From Octopus vulgaris (taxonomy: Eukaryota): a stretch of DNA of 64,000 bases. The stretch spans positions 70,928,001 to 70,992,000 of the forward strand of contig OX597826.1 of NCBI GenBank assembly GCA_951406725.2, read 5' to 3'. The position numbers were made by a program, and so were the translations under genes. Positions 14,186 to 30,649 of this stretch are shown here, in pieces. Position 1 is the stretch's first letter, and each line of letters starts with the position of its first letter. A model generated the notes under the pieces. That model did not search any database. It was not told where the DNA came from and saw only the letters and a program-made list of their open reading frames with translations.

Positions 14186-14427
14186 GGTTAGAGAAATGCG
14201 AAGACTGTGGAGGGTTTCTACTAAAGTAATCGCAGTTGTCATAGGCATCGTAGGTACCATCACCGGACTTAACAGTTCTCCTTATTGAGATTGGTGTAAC
14301 TACGAAGGTTTCTTTGATTCAGAAATCTGTTCTATTAGGAACAGCAATTATCGTAAGGAGGAGGGTCCTCGTGACCCGTATCAAGGACGTTGATTCCGAA
14401 TGTAAAACATTTGAGTACATCATGAAT
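14181..14427 (+). mobile_element. 3' fragment of R4/Dong-like non-LTR retrotransposon
   Basis: LVREMRRLWRVSTKVIAVVIGIVGTI (frameshift) LIQKSVLLGTAIIVRRRVL, followed directly by (AAT)n 14428-14507. Confidence 0.75.
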
Positions 14428-14509
<82 letters not shown>

Positions 14510-14712
14510 CTTTAGAAAAACCCTATCAATTTCAGTGTCTGTGTTGTATTACATGAAGATATTTCACAACACCCGCCACTTCCCCTCCCCAAGCTTTCAG
14601 TCATGCTGTAACAGTTATCTTTCACTCGCCCCCGGACGCTTGGTGTGTCTCGGCAAGTGATTGTAATTAGCATGCAGATTAAAAGTAAATAATAATAATA
14701 ATAATAATAATA

Positions 14713-14814
<102 letters not shown>

Positions 14815-14964
14815 ATAGTAATGATAATAATAACAAAAGTTTCATACCAAGTAGTAATCAGGGTTCTTTTAAAAATATCAAAGCTACATATATTGCAGTA
14901 TAAATCGAATTATATACATGTATTTATGGATATGAATATATATATTAACGCAATTATGTTTCAC

Positions 14965-15004
<40 letters not shown>

Positions 15005-15689
15005 CACCTGCTTGTTGCTCCTTCACCTGTCTTTGTTTGCGTTCGAACTATATATATATATATATATGCCTTGTTACAGATCCACAGGAAATAGGCACAT
15101 AGAACCTATTTACCGCCAGGAAAACTGAGTCATGTGTGTTCTCTGTGATGACCGAGGACATATGTCAGGTGTCGTGTGATAGGATCATGGGATATTCCAT
15201 TTAGTAGTGCGATATCTTAACGATTCTGCCAACTGTACTTTTTAATATCGTATGTTCGCATTTATTTAAAGCGTTGCACTTATATGATAAGCTGTATCTC
15301 CTAAAAATAAAAATAGTACTGCATCACGTGATCCAACACATTCTAAGTGACTGTCCTTACTTCAGCATAATCTAAACCCATTCAATTAACCACTATCGTC
15401 TGAAACAGAATCCATAGTACGTGACCTACTTCGTTCAAAAGTGGCGGACCTTGTTTCACGCGATCATGCAATCAAAGCCCTATGACTTGCTAAAAATCGT
15501 TAAAGACCATACGAGCTCGTATTTAATTAGTGAACATCATTAATTATGTATTATCGGTTTGTGAAGAAAGAAAAAAATCGAGTTACCTAGTTATACAAGT
15601 ACTCAGATAAGAACCTTTGCACCTAATCTCATACAGAAGCAAAGATATCAGTTTTCCGGCTTAAAAATATTGCAGCCTGCACACACACA

Positions 15690-15774
<85 letters not shown>

Positions 15775-15785
15775 GTATATATATG

Positions 15786-15825
<40 letters not shown>

Positions 15826-15889
15826 TATATACATATATATATATGTATGTATGTATGTATGTATATATGTATATATGTATGTATGTATA

Positions 15890-15923
<34 letters not shown>

Positions 15924-16682
15924 CATACATACATACATACATACATACATACATACATACATACATACATACATACGTACGTACATATCAGAATATATAT
16001 CTAATTTCAATGTTTCCACAATGTCATCTCATAAATAAGACAGTGTGAAGTGTAGATGTTGACAATATGGACGCAATACGTAAATATTAATTGAATAGAC
16101 ACTCTCCATAGATATTGAATGGATGGATAAACACAGTCCCTATGCGTACTAGATGCTTACTATATTGCCAAACACAGTTGATAGGATAGACAAAGTGTAT
16201 AGACAAAGTGTATACATGTTGACTGGATAGATAAAGCGTATAGCAATTTACTTTTAGGCAGTGTGTAAATGTAAATACCGTCAGCATTGTACAGGTTTTT
16301 TATTTGCTAATAAATCTCCACTAAATTCAACGTATGAAGGTGTTAAAAGACAGCATAATCTTTTATGCTTTTTCTTTTTCTTTCGTTTTTTTTTTTTGCG
16401 ATCTTAATGAAAAGTGATCGCTTATGTTGGTTTTCCGATAACTTTAAGGCTCTTTCGATAGAATATTTTACCTGGAAGCAAGAATATGAAGGACAATATA
16501 ACTTTGTTTGCGTTTATTTCTTTTCATCTTTCTGGGTTTTTTTTTTTTTTGCAACAACGAAAAGATAAGAAAAATGAAGATTAAATGATATATTGAACTT
16601 TAAAATTCTTCTAACTCAACAAATAAAGATCGTTTTAGAAAACACTGGATAAACAAACTCAGCGGTGCCATGACATTCTACA

Positions 16683-16763
<81 letters not shown>

Positions 16764-16985
16764 CAGTAGTAGTAGTAGTAACATCACGATTATGTTTACC
16801 GAAGACTCTTTTTGGAGGTTTCGTGGATTCGGCTGTGCCACTTTTTCTGACAATAATTTCTATAAAGTCTTCCCACCGTACTTTATTTATGTCAAAGACA
16901 TATCTTAAAGGCAGTTATTATTCAGCTGGAATATAAAAGAGACGTTTCTTGTGACAAGTGTCAACCAGCTAATCAATATACATAC

Positions 16986-17024
<39 letters not shown>

Positions 17025-17027
17025 CGT

Positions 17028-17170
<143 letters not shown>

Positions 17171-17197
17171 ATGTATATACATACATATATATGTATG

Positions 17198-17231
<34 letters not shown>

Positions 17232-18234
17232 AGTAATGATATATGTGGTGGAAACATTAGAATGTTGGATAACCTGGAGAGGTGATACATACTTCTGTGT
17301 CGAGAAGTACTAACATGGCCCAAACTAATAATCGGTTTTCGATTCGTGTTTGAAACAAATCCAATTGGTATGTTAGAACCATTTTTATTTTGGGAATGGA
17401 GAGCCGTGCAGTAGCGAAAAAAAAAATAGGAGAAATAAACCGAATTTTCAAGTTTATTTGCGATTCCCGTTTGAAGCTAATTCACTTCATGAATGCAACA
17501 CATGCTACAATACAACAAATAGTATCTCGTCACTAAATTAAATATAATTTTTCTCAATAGCACATAATATTTTCTGTATCTCTCTGCAATTCCATAGAGA
17601 CCAACCTGCCGTTGATGTTATTGTTCTTGATGCTGCTCTGGGTCAGACCTGATCTAACAAAGATAACATTAAAGACATCTTAGCCTTGACTCTCCCGTAT
17701 ACTAAGGGCTGTATTTCGCCATGTTTCCTTCATTTTAGCACACCTTCCTCAGATCACACCCTACCAACTTAAAAACAGAATATGTAAGAACCAGCAGCAA
17801 TGGCCTTATGCAGAGTTACACTGTCTAAATGTACCATAAGGTATAATACTATAAGGTATAATATAACTTAATGGAAGAAACTGGTGAAATTTTTTACTTG
17901 ACGTCTTTGTTTTCCTTGAAAGAATTTTCATTAAAATCTTAAGATTTTTCTCTTTATTGTGAGTGTAATTTACAAAAGCAAATTAAATATTTAAACTACA
18001 TTTAACTAAATATTTGTTTTTTCTATGCAAAAGGCATCCTTGAGAAATATTTACTTGCTACACATTGTTATTAACTGGTTCAATAAACAATAACATCACA
18101 GACACTTACTATAAATATATTTTCTAACAAAGCAACCAATTCACGGTAGTGGATCATAGACAATTATATCAGAATTCTAACACCACCATCACTACCACCA
18201 CATCCATAACTACCACCTCGACACTCAGTATGAG

Positions 18235-18375
18235 ACTAGTATTTCTTTTATCTACTACTCTAGGTAGGATGAAAGGCAAATCTCGCCTAGAATTTAGAAC
18301 TAGAACGTAAAGAGATGTAACTTAGTACCACAAGAGCCCTTTGTCTGTCACTCAACTGATTTTATCAAGCAACCT
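18235..18375 (-). mobile_element. Degraded SINE family A copy
   Basis: GGATGAAAGGCAAA...GAATTTAGAACT.AGAACGTAAAGA is the reverse complement of the family A core. Confidence 0.6.
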
Positions 18376-19777
18376 TCTCTAAGATATAAATGCAATATTT
18401 AAAAAAAAAGCAACTATTTTGTTTATATTAATACAAGAACAGAATTAGTAATTTCAGCAGTAACAACAACATAAACATCATCGTCACTAACAGCAGAAAC
18501 AACAACAACAGCTGGAATTGCAGTATAATCAAAAGCAACAACAACAACAGTAACAATTGTAGCATGAACAGAAGCAGCGACGGCAGCTGAAATTTCCTGA
18601 CTTAATAATATTTTACGTTTCAATAATCAAATTATTCATAGATGTATGAATACTAATGTGAATTAATTTCTCGTTATAATTATTGTTTATAGGAGTAACA
18701 GTTCCAGTAGGATGTTGTGTAGTGTGCCGGATTAAAAGGCGTACAATATTTAATTACGTTTCTTTACGCTGTTTTGGCTTCGTTTCTAGCCGGAATCGAT
18801 TTCGTTTGATTTGAGTTGTTCTTTGATCCCTCGGCAAATAAAACTTTGTCTTTCAACGCCAACCACCTATAATTTATACAATAGATACCAGTAATATATC
18901 GGGATATATATATTATAGATTAACAGTTTATTTCCGATGTGTGATCGTGTATCAAATAGAAATATCATTATCATCATCATCATCATCATGTTATCGTTAC
19001 TGCTGTTGTTACTCGATAAATACTAGTTACTGGGTATAATAGATACCAGTAACATACTGAGACCTATGCTATCGATTAATCATTTTTTTCTAGTTGTGCG
19101 ATATTGTGTCGGAGACTATCCTCATCATCATCATGGTGTTGTCACTATTGTTGCTTAGCCACAGGTGATGCTAAATTGAGCAAACCTAGAAATTCAAGAG
19201 AGCATCGTTGTCTGAATCGAAAATGTAATATAGTCAGTGGTTCGTATCCTGGCGCAGTGTTGTGTCTGTAAAGGGAAGGCTAAACATAAGCATTTAACTC
19301 TCAGCAGATATGTGCCACAAATCTAGAAATAGGAGCTATAGCAACGAATATCTTAAAATTGGTGTGTAAATTCGTTCGCTATTTTGCTGACCAGGTGAGA
19401 ACATTGACAAGCCCATTGGGAATATCATATTCTTAAAACCTTACAGACTAAATATCCAAAGTTTCCACTGCGTGCGTGTGGCTTTAGTCTTAAGGTAAAA
19501 CAACAAAACAAACCGAAAACAGGATTCAATACAAGCTGTAAAGTCTTAATTTATATTACACAGAAACGTTGTTGGTTCTAAGTTTCACCGAAGGCGGCTT
19601 CTCGAATATTGGAATTGTAAGAAATTTTAGAACTTAAACATAGAAGTAATGGTTGTTTACAGAAGAATGGTTCCTATTTTTTATAAGCTTGCCTTCTTCA
19701 TACAAATATTACTTCGCTATATACACACATACAATTTCACTGTTGTTTGACAAGCCACCTTCGTATTAACTGTCATT

Positions 19778-19865
<88 letters not shown>

Positions 19866-19882
19866 GTATGTATCTATGTATC

Positions 19883-19931
<49 letters not shown>

Positions 19932-20114
19932 ATATGTATGTATAGATGGATAGATGGATATATGTATATGTATGAATGTGCACGTATATATATGCGTGTG
20001 TTTGTTTCATCCATGCAAGTGAAAATGTGTGGTTTATTAAGCTATCGATACACATACACACACGCACTCCCCACACACACGCACCCCCACACACACATAT
20101 ACATACATACATAC

Positions 20115-20164
<50 letters not shown>

Positions 20165-20501
20165 TGTATGAATAGTAAAACCGTCTGACGTGGTTATGTT
20201 TAACAAAGGAATTATGAAAAGTGACAATAAACTGCCAATTTTGTCGTTTGTCACAAGAAATGATGAGGGATAAATAAATGATCTGTGTTGAATATTGAAT
20301 CAAATTGTCCATTTTTTAAACTATCTCCTCCCTATACCGGGACTCTTTTGAAATCAATCAATGTGAAACTCTTCGTTTGATTGTGGGTTTAATATTTAGA
20401 TACATTTGGTGTTCCTTAATGGCGTATTAATCAAACATTTGTCTAAAGATCCAACGTATTTGCGATTTTTTTTTCTCATTAATACATGCATGTTTGCATG
20501 C

Positions 20502-20593
<92 letters not shown>

Positions 20594-20638
20594 TCGTATA
20601 TGTATATGTATGTATATGTATGTATATGTATGTATATG

Positions 20639-20697
<59 letters not shown>

Positions 20698-23600
20698 GTG
20701 TGTGTGTGTATGTATGTATGTATGTATGTATATGTTTGTATATATGTAACCACAATAACACACACACACATACGTATACAAATATGCATTCACACAAGCA
20801 CACATATTTGTTACCATTGATGAAAGCTTTTGTAATATAATGAATCTTTCTGACATCACTAGATTTGTGAACATTTTAAAATAAATTGTTTCTAGTCAAT
20901 CATTTGTCTCAAGTCAATATTACTCATAATTTACCCTTCAAAACGTTTCTCATCCTTTCTGAAAGGATTTCCCATAATTATCTTTTTTTTTTTATTCTTT
21001 TGCAAAAGAGTGATGTGTCAATTATTATTTTCTTTTTCTTTTAATGCGTTGTGATATGTCATGCTTTTATACTTTAGAAATATTTTTGACAGGTCTTTCA
21101 TCTGTAAACAAATAATGAGTAATTTAAAAGAATGTTTACTTTCATTAAAAAAAAAACACTAATTATTAGGGTCGTATATCTAGACTACTTTAGCGTTACA
21201 TGAACTCTTTAGCTGGGAAAATTGCAATTGGTCTTCTTTTAAGACTGCCATGAAAAAATATCTATGTGTCAGTAATCATACGTAATTATAACAAAGACCA
21301 TTTTATTTTTCTTCTTTTTTCTTATAATTTTACTGCAGAACTTTTTTTTTTTATGTTCCTTGTATTGAGATCTCAAGCATTTCTCAAGTTGTGATAAATA
21401 AACATTTTGTAAAAAAAAAAAACATATTAATGTTTTCTAAATTATACAAAATTTGAACACTGAATGCAATTAGAAATCCTTTTAAAACGATGCAGTCATA
21501 CTAATAAACAGGAGTTATGTCCTGTTTATCCTCGACATTGTTTCGTGCAAATATTTGCATGAATCATATTTTTTTCTTCCCGTTCCCATGTGTGTATATG
21601 CATATATATATATATGTATGTATATATATATATATATATATACATATATACATATATATATATATATGTATAAGTATATGTATATGTATATGTATATATA
21701 AAGTGTGTCTATGCATGTATACCCATATTTACATTATATGTATATGTATATGTGTATGTATACTTAAGCATACATATACAAATATGAATTCCAATTCACC
21801 TTCAATTCAAAATGCCATTCCAAAAGTTATTTCTCCTTTTTAAATGTTTTCTTTCTCTTCATATAATACTGTTAACTTTTTTTTCTCTGATGTCTTTCAC
21901 TGTTTCTTCTTATTGACTATGTACTCTAAAACTACTATCTTTGATTTTCACATGTTCGATAAAATATTTAACCTAAATTTTAAATGGAAAAAAAAACGAA
22001 AAAGAAAGTTAAATCTTTAACAGAAAAAAATATTCAAAGAATAAATATTCAAACAAAATTTTTGAAAGGAAATCAAAATTTTCGGATTTTTTTTTTTTTT
22101 TTTGAACAAAGCAATTTGTTTTTTTCGGCTATCAAATTTTGTTCTCTTCCATTTTTTAAATTACTTTTGAAGATGTAGGAAATATTTCAAGTAGACATTT
22201 TTCATCTTTAGACAGGGCGATGGAATAATATAAATAGTAAAAAGCCAGACAAAATACCTTCCTGTAATGAAATTTTCTCTTTCCGTTCTGAATCTAATCC
22301 CGCCGAGGTCGTCAAAATAAAGAACCAGCCAAGTACTGGAGTCGACTGGGCCAAATGTACTCTCCCTGACAATATATGGCCCTAAGCCTGTGTTAGAAAT
22401 CAACATTAGTCCCCTGCAGTAATATATGCTTTTGCAGGACAAAAGCAAAGGTCCCAGCGAACCGAGTTTGCGAATCCGGTTTCAATTACTGGTTGAAATC
22501 ACTTCACTTTGTGTACATTGTCTCAATTCTTTGGGGGGGAAGATATGAAGAAAGTTACAGATTCCTGTGTTATTTCCCTTTCAATAATAGGGCTTTTTTT
22601 ATAGGAGTATCAGAACAAGAGCAATGCTTTTTAACTTTCCATCCTTAAATTTTCTCCAAGTATAAATGTCATTAGCATCTTCTAAAAAAATGATTATGAC
22701 TTCTGTTTCAATGTTTAAACTCTTTTTCAAACCTCTTTAGATTTAGTAGGCTTTGTGTTTTTATGTGGCTTTCTATGCATATGTATGTGTACATCTGTTT
22801 TTGTATATGCAAACGCGTGCAGAGGCTGTATGTATGAAAATGATGCGTCTGCTTGTTGACAAAACAGAATACATATAATGGAAAACGAATGGATTCCCGA
22901 GCACTTTAAACTATGAAAAATATAGTTGGGCGTTTAAAGTGAGCCGAGAACTTCATGTTTTACAGCAACATTTGAAACACGGTTCATTTCAATATGCTAT
23001 ATCATGGCGGTTCGTAATATATGTATTTGTGTGTGTGACAGAAATAAAAGAAATGGTGGACACATTCGCACGCGAAATTACCAATTTCTCTTTAATCAAT
23101 ACAAGGTAGTCGAATAAAGAGCCTCCCATGTGTCAGTAAATCAAATTGAATCAAGATGTGTTTCCTAAGTTGCTGTTGTCTATATCATACAATAAATTGT
23201 ATAACTTCCGGTTTTACGCACGGAAAGGAAACACAAATGGAGTAGATAACTTGGAAAACGCAAAATAAATTCAGGAATATTGAAAGAGCAATATTTGACT
23301 GGCATTCTCTACCATAAGCACTCTGGCTTCCCAATGCTGATGCGACCGTTGTCTTGGAGATGAAAGATTGCATTTACTAGTAAGCAACATTCAAGTAGAA
23401 TATTCCGAAGCGGTGTGATCTGGTATTCTTTTGATGTAGTAAAGAGTGATGTGATGCCGTGTAAAACAGTATGTTGTGGGGGTTATAGTGTAGAGTGAAG
23501 TGTTGCGGTGTAGTGCATTTGAAGTATGGGACACAAAATTGTTGTACTGCATACTTACGCACTGTGATATACGTACATGCTGTGATATATATATATATGT

Positions 23601-23780
23601 GTGTGTGTGTGAGCGTGTACGTGAGTATATGTATACACAAATATATATATATACATATATATATATGCATACATACACATGGTATTGCAAATAAACTCAT
23701 ACGTAATAAACAAAGCCACATAAATGTTTGCATATACATACTATTCCACGCAAATATATGAATATATGCGCATGCGTGTA

Positions 23781-23818
<38 letters not shown>

Positions 23819-25219
23819 CATATATGGACATACATATATGGACATACATATATGTGTACGTATGTATGTGTATATTATGTATGTATATGTGTTTGTCTAT
23901 ATGTGTGTGTGTCTGTGTGTTGTAGATTAGAAGTAGGAGTGGGTAAAGGTAAATAATTTACACCATTCAGTTTCAAACCTCAATGTTCTTATTTCAAATC
24001 CAACCGGAGTCACCTTTTCATTTCCTTTCTTCAGGTATCATAAAATAAAACACCAATCGTGTTGTGGTGTTCATGCTCTCTTCTATACTACTCCACCAAA
24101 GCATATTTGTGGTGGAATTGTAGTCAATACCTTGTAAATTTTTTCTTGTAAATTAAATTGTGTTTTTAATTACAAACTAATTATATTTAACTATTTCCTC
24201 AGAATTAGCATCAGCGAAAACTACTCGCGGTTTAGAAACTTCTAAAAATAATCATTTTTTCTTTTATTAACTTTTCTTACGAATTCGTTTTCACATATAT
24301 AATATTGAACTAACTAGTCTTATGTCTTTAAACATTAAACATATTAACTTAATCTTAACGTACTTTCTTATTAATTAATACTTAATTAGCACGTAAGAAA
24401 CACTTTATCTTCAACGTAGTTTTCAAACAGTGGTTTTATATCATGTTCTAATATTCTCCAGTTCTGATATTCTATTATCATAATGATTATATTATTCTGG
24501 TATACTGATATTCTAATTCTATTTTCTTTTTCACTCTTATTTTCTTCTTAAACAAAAAAATCTTCCAACTTTATATATTTATGTCAGAAAGGCACTAAGC
24601 TGAAACTATATATATATATATGTATGTATATATGGAGCAACTTATGTATGTATTCGAGTATGTGCGTGAATCCACACGCATGAACAAATTCTAGTATCTC
24701 TAACCGACTATATAATGATGTATGCTTGTATGTGTGTCTAAACACATGTATGTTTGTATACTTGAGTGCATACGTGTGTGTGTATGTGTGCGTGTGTGTG
24801 TTGTCTGAGTGTGAGTGGACAAAGGTTGATGTGTGTTGAATGTGGAAGTGAGTACTCAATGTTGCTTAAATTGAATATTTTTCTTGCGACTTAATTTTCA
24901 TGTCGTGACAATCTTCAGGCGAGAACTGCTCTAACTAGTCTCATTGTTATTTGTGTTCTTTATAACTGTTAATGTGGATATTTTGTGACCACAAGGATTT
25001 CCCTTGAATTTGTTGGTATTCGGTGAGTGTGTGTATGTGAGTGTGTGTGTCTGTGTGTGTGTGTGTGTAGATATGTATATTGTCTAAATTACCAAAATGA
25101 CGAATTACACACTTAAATATTTCGATCTAGTAACAATTAGTCACTATAATAATGCATAATAATAATAGTAATAAAGATAATAATAATGATAATGATTATT
25201 ATATTTATTATTGTTATAA

Positions 25220-25350
25220 CGGCGGTGTGCGGGTAGAATCATTAGCACGCCGGGCAAAATGCATTTCGTCCGTATTTACGTTCTGAGTTCAAATTCCGCC
25301 GAGGTTGACTTTGCCTTTCATCCTTTCGGGGCTCGATGAAGTAAGTACCC
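25220..25350 (+). mobile_element. SINE family A copy, 3' truncated
   Basis: Head, B box and core present. Confidence 0.85.
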
Positions 25351-25375
25351 CTTTATATAGATATATAGATATGTG

Positions 25376-25437
<62 letters not shown>

Positions 25438-25714
25438 TATACATATATATACACATAATATATACATATATATATATATGAATATATATATATGAATATA
25501 TATACCCACACTAATATATATATATATACACTTATATATTGTAATTATTCTTTTACTGGTTTCAGGCATGGACTATATGTTTAGTTTTCCTTTCATTTGT
25601 GGTACAATAATTATAAGTGCACAAGAGAACTACCTATGCTTTCTTATATGCATATACATATACATATATACATATATGTATATGCATATATATGTATATA
25701 TATGTATATGTATA

Positions 25715-25773
<59 letters not shown>

Positions 25774-25880
25774 GTATAGAGAGAGGGGTAGAGAGGAAGA
25801 GAGAAGAAGAGAGAGGAAGAAATGGAAAGTGAGAAAGAGAAACAAAGAGAGAAGTGGGGATAGATGACACAAAAATTAGA

Positions 25881-26112
25881 CTATTTTATCTGACTAAAAC
25901 AAAGAGGTGTGATCGCTAGCCCTCTTATGCCGGACCACTCTAATTCTGTGCACCTGATCAAAACATTTTTCGGAGTCATATCTCTCTTATTTTCAAGTAA
26001 ATTCCACAGGGTTTTACATTTCACTGGGGAAATTCTTGGAGCTATTTCTGAACTATATTTTTTGTTTGATTTCAAGTGCTGTTTTAATATCAGTTCAAAT
26101 TGTTCTGGGAGA
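25881..26112 (-). CDS. Candidate terminal exon of a minus-strand gene ([14 protein letters not shown]...CFSQIK*)
   Basis: Very strong minus-strand acceptor GAATTTTCGTTTTTCGTTTCTCTATACAG|TCTC. Open for 76 codons to TAG in unique sequence. No recognised homology. Confidence 0.4.
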
Positions 26113-27219
26113 CTGTATAGAGAAACGAAAAACGAAAATTCAACTGACATATTCTTCATTTCAAATACCAGGTGAACAGGAGAATCAGGTCGCCAAATGG
26201 CGCTCCATTTACTCAAGAAAATGTTCACCATCTATATTATCATAATTAATATTGTATAGAGCATTCTGTGTCTGTGTGTATGTATATAAATATACGTATA
26301 TACATATATATGTGTCTATACATATAAGCATAACTTGTTGCACAGAAAGACGACTTATATATAGAGAGATGAAAAAATTGCTCAGAAAGACGACGCAGAA
26401 ACACACGGAAGAAAATCAACCGCAAGACGTGGGCATTCTCTTCCCAAAATTATAATTTAATTTTAAAGGATATCAAAACTGCTATGCAATTTAACTTTGA
26501 TATTTCCTTCATTAAATTATTCGATCATTTTCTTCGTAACATTCTTCAATTAGTAATAACGTCGTATGAATTATTTCGAATTTACTTCACACCTGAAGAT
26601 CTTTAATTAAAGTAATTGCACAGTTTAAGTGGTTAGTAGTGCATTTGGTGCTGATATTGTTCTTAGTGTTGTTGTTCTCTTTCTATTATTCGTCATATAA
26701 AGAAAATATATTAATATTGATATATAAGCATGTGTATGTGTATGTTTAGATATGTATATTTGCCTGTGCATGTCTGTGTGTGTGTACAATTATGTATGAA
26801 GTGTGTATGTATGTATGCATATATGTATATATGTATATAAGAAAACAGTGAAGGCTTCTAGAAAATATAATGAATAATGCTGTTTTGTGTAGTCTTTCTT
26901 TTTCATCATTTGCAACTTTTTGTGTGTTCGTAATAGACCATGTGTGACAGTGTGTGTGTGTGTCTTTACTGCTGGTATTGTACATAATATATACTTTTGT
27001 AAGCTGTCTGCTTGCAAAGCAGCTTAATATATTACAGTTTTTTTGCATCCTATTGAAATGATTTTTCAGTGTATGTAACACACTACATGAAACTCTATGT
27101 ACAAATACTTCGGGGTTTTTCAAACACTTCTATAGTCCAGATATTTCTAACTCTTTGAAACAACCCACCCACAACATACATTATCATTATTATTATTATT
27201 ATTGTCATTATTATTATTG

Positions 27220-27391
<172 letters not shown>

Positions 27392-27399
27392 TATTATTA

Positions 27400-27457
<58 letters not shown>

Positions 27458-27461
27458 TAAG

Positions 27462-27662
27462 ACGTTGAGCTGGCAGAATCGTTACCACACCAGACAAAAA
27501 TGCCTAGCAGCACTTCTGTTTTTTCCGGTTTTGCCGAGGTCGACTTTGCCTTTCATCCTTGCGGGGTCGATAAATTAAGTACCAATGAAGCACTTGGGTC
27601 GGTATAATAGACTACTCCCTTCTTCCCCAAATTCGGGTCTTGTGCCTTTAGTGGAAAATACA

Positions 27663-27723
<61 letters not shown>

Positions 27724-28053
27724 CATCATCATCATCATCATCACCACCACTGCATAATGCTGTGCATGGCAAAATGTGTAGAATAGCGGCTAGATGTCTT
27801 CCAGAATTTCATTATGTCCTCTTGCTTCTTAATTCCTGAACTGGAATGCTACTGGAGTCGGCTTTGCAGTTCGTTTTTTCACCTTCTTTTTTTGTTTGTT
27901 TATCCAGTAGCGACAAAAATATGCAGTAGCCTTATGCTAAGATCAGATCAAATAATTTGAAGCATACATCATTATAATGTAATAGTGTTATACGACAAGG
28001 TTTATCAATCATCATTGAAGGATAATTTCATAATTCGAAATATATCATCATCA

Positions 28054-28150
<97 letters not shown>

Positions 28151-28623
28151 TATTATTATAGGATGTCTTTATGATTAGCATAGAACAACTTCGTGATAGG
28201 AAACATATATCAGTATTATAGAACGACTTCATGCCACTAACATACATCATTATTACGGAATATCGTAAGATGGCGAGCTGACAGATTCGTTTGAAAACCG
28301 AAAAAGATGCAGTTATTCTTGCTTTACGCTCTGAGTTCAAATTCCACAGAGGTCAACTTTGTTTTCCATCCTTTCGTGGTCGCTTAAAAAAGTACAAGTT
28401 GAGCAAAAATTTCAGGCCTTGTACCTATTGTACACTGGATTATTATGGAATATTTTCACAATGTGAAACGTAAACCATTACTCGGGAATACGTAAAGGCG
28501 GCGAGCTGGTAGAATTGTTAACACGCCGTACGAAATGCTTAGCGGTATTTCGTCTGTCTTCATGTTCTGTATTTAAATTTCGCCGGGGTCAACTTTGCCT
28601 TTCATCTTTCATTATTGTTATTA

Positions 28624-28693
<70 letters not shown>

Positions 28694-28742
28694 CATCATC
28701 ATTATCATAATTATCACCATCATCATCATCATCATCATCATC

Positions 28743-28790
<48 letters not shown>

Positions 28791-29090
28791 GCTGTTGATG
28801 TTATTATTATGGCCTTGTACCAAAATTTGGTACAAAATCCTAGGTGTGGTTACTGCAAGTTGAAAACAATTAAGGCGACGTGGTGGCAGAATCGTTATCG
28901 AAACGGGCGGAATGCTTAGCGGTATTTTGTCTCTTTTCACATTCTGAGTTCAAATGCCGCGCCAGTGTCGACTTTGCCTTTCATCCTTTCGGAGTCAATA
29001 AAGTTAGTACCAGTTACGCACTGGGGTCGATGCAATCGACTTAATCCCTTCCCCCAAATTTGAGGCCTTGTGCTTCCAGTAGAAAGGATT
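27462..29090 (+). mobile_element. Cluster of four SINE family A copies (27462-27655, 28270-28430, 28495-28610, 28873-29090) interleaved with (ATT)n/(ATC)n
   Basis: Repeated head GGCGAGCTGGCAGAATCGTT and core GACTTTGCCTTTCATCC. Confidence 0.85.
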
Positions 29091-29100
29091 ATTATTTTTA

Positions 29101-29150
<50 letters not shown>

Positions 29151-29237
29151 GCTATAATTAAGAAAATTCTTGATGACATGCATTGATGAATGGCTTTAAA
29201 TTATCAATAGTGAATGGATTAGATTAAAGAACTAATA

Positions 29238-29307
<70 letters not shown>

Positions 29308-29805
29308 GTATATATATATACTCACATATATATATATAAGGATACAGACAAAGAGATATGAGACACTCGTGATTTTTGTTGTTTATGTCGGTGTGCGTTT
29401 GCTTTTTGCCATATTTAATGTCGTTTATAAAACTTAATTGGCTGTGATTGTAATGAATCATAAAAATGGATGTGATTTAATCAAGCGAAAAATATTTTAA
29501 ACAAACCTGCAGTTCTGTGCCACCCACTCTCTTTGATTTTTTTATGCATATTCGGTTTTATTGCGTTTTAAATGTAGAATATTTTCAGTTCGCTTGTAAA
29601 ATGCCTCTTTCCTGCCTGCCTAACAAGCAACCATTTGTCACTTGTTAAATTACGATCCGAATTCTTTTGGGATTATATATATAACTCTTAACAAACTTTG
29701 TGACCCATGAAACGCTTTTGCTATTAATTTACAATCCCTAGACTTGCTGTTATTTAACACCTGATTTCTATACAGCCAGATCATAGTATGTAAATACATA
29801 AAACC

Positions 29806-29929
<124 letters not shown>

Positions 29930-30317
29930 ATATATACATTATATACATACATATATACACACACATATGTGCGTATGGACAGTTCAGAGTGGCATACTCA
30001 TATTACAACTGGAAGATTCATTATCATATAGCTCCACAAGTAATGTGAGTTAAGTTCTGAAGTTCTCCGTCATATATGAAGATATTGTTCATATTTTAAA
30101 AATCGGGAATACTTCAGTTATTATGATCCAAAATTTTAGAATTTTTCCCGTATTACATGTGAAACCAGATGACGGCGAAATTTCATGTTGTAATGTTAGT
30201 ATATCCGGCTGCTAATGAAAATATATTGGACTCTGCAATTAAGCATTGAATTCTCTTTTGTACTATGTTTCATATGGAAGTAAACATACATATTCATATG
30301 AAAATAAACATACTCAT

Positions 30318-30452
<135 letters not shown>

Positions 30453-30602
30453 CATACAAATATATATATATATACGTATATACATATATGCATGTATATA
30501 TACATATATATGTATACATATATATATATCTACTTATATATATGTGTATATATATATATTTATTAATATATATATATATATGTATAAATATATATATGTA
30601 TG

Positions 30603-30649
<47 letters not shown>

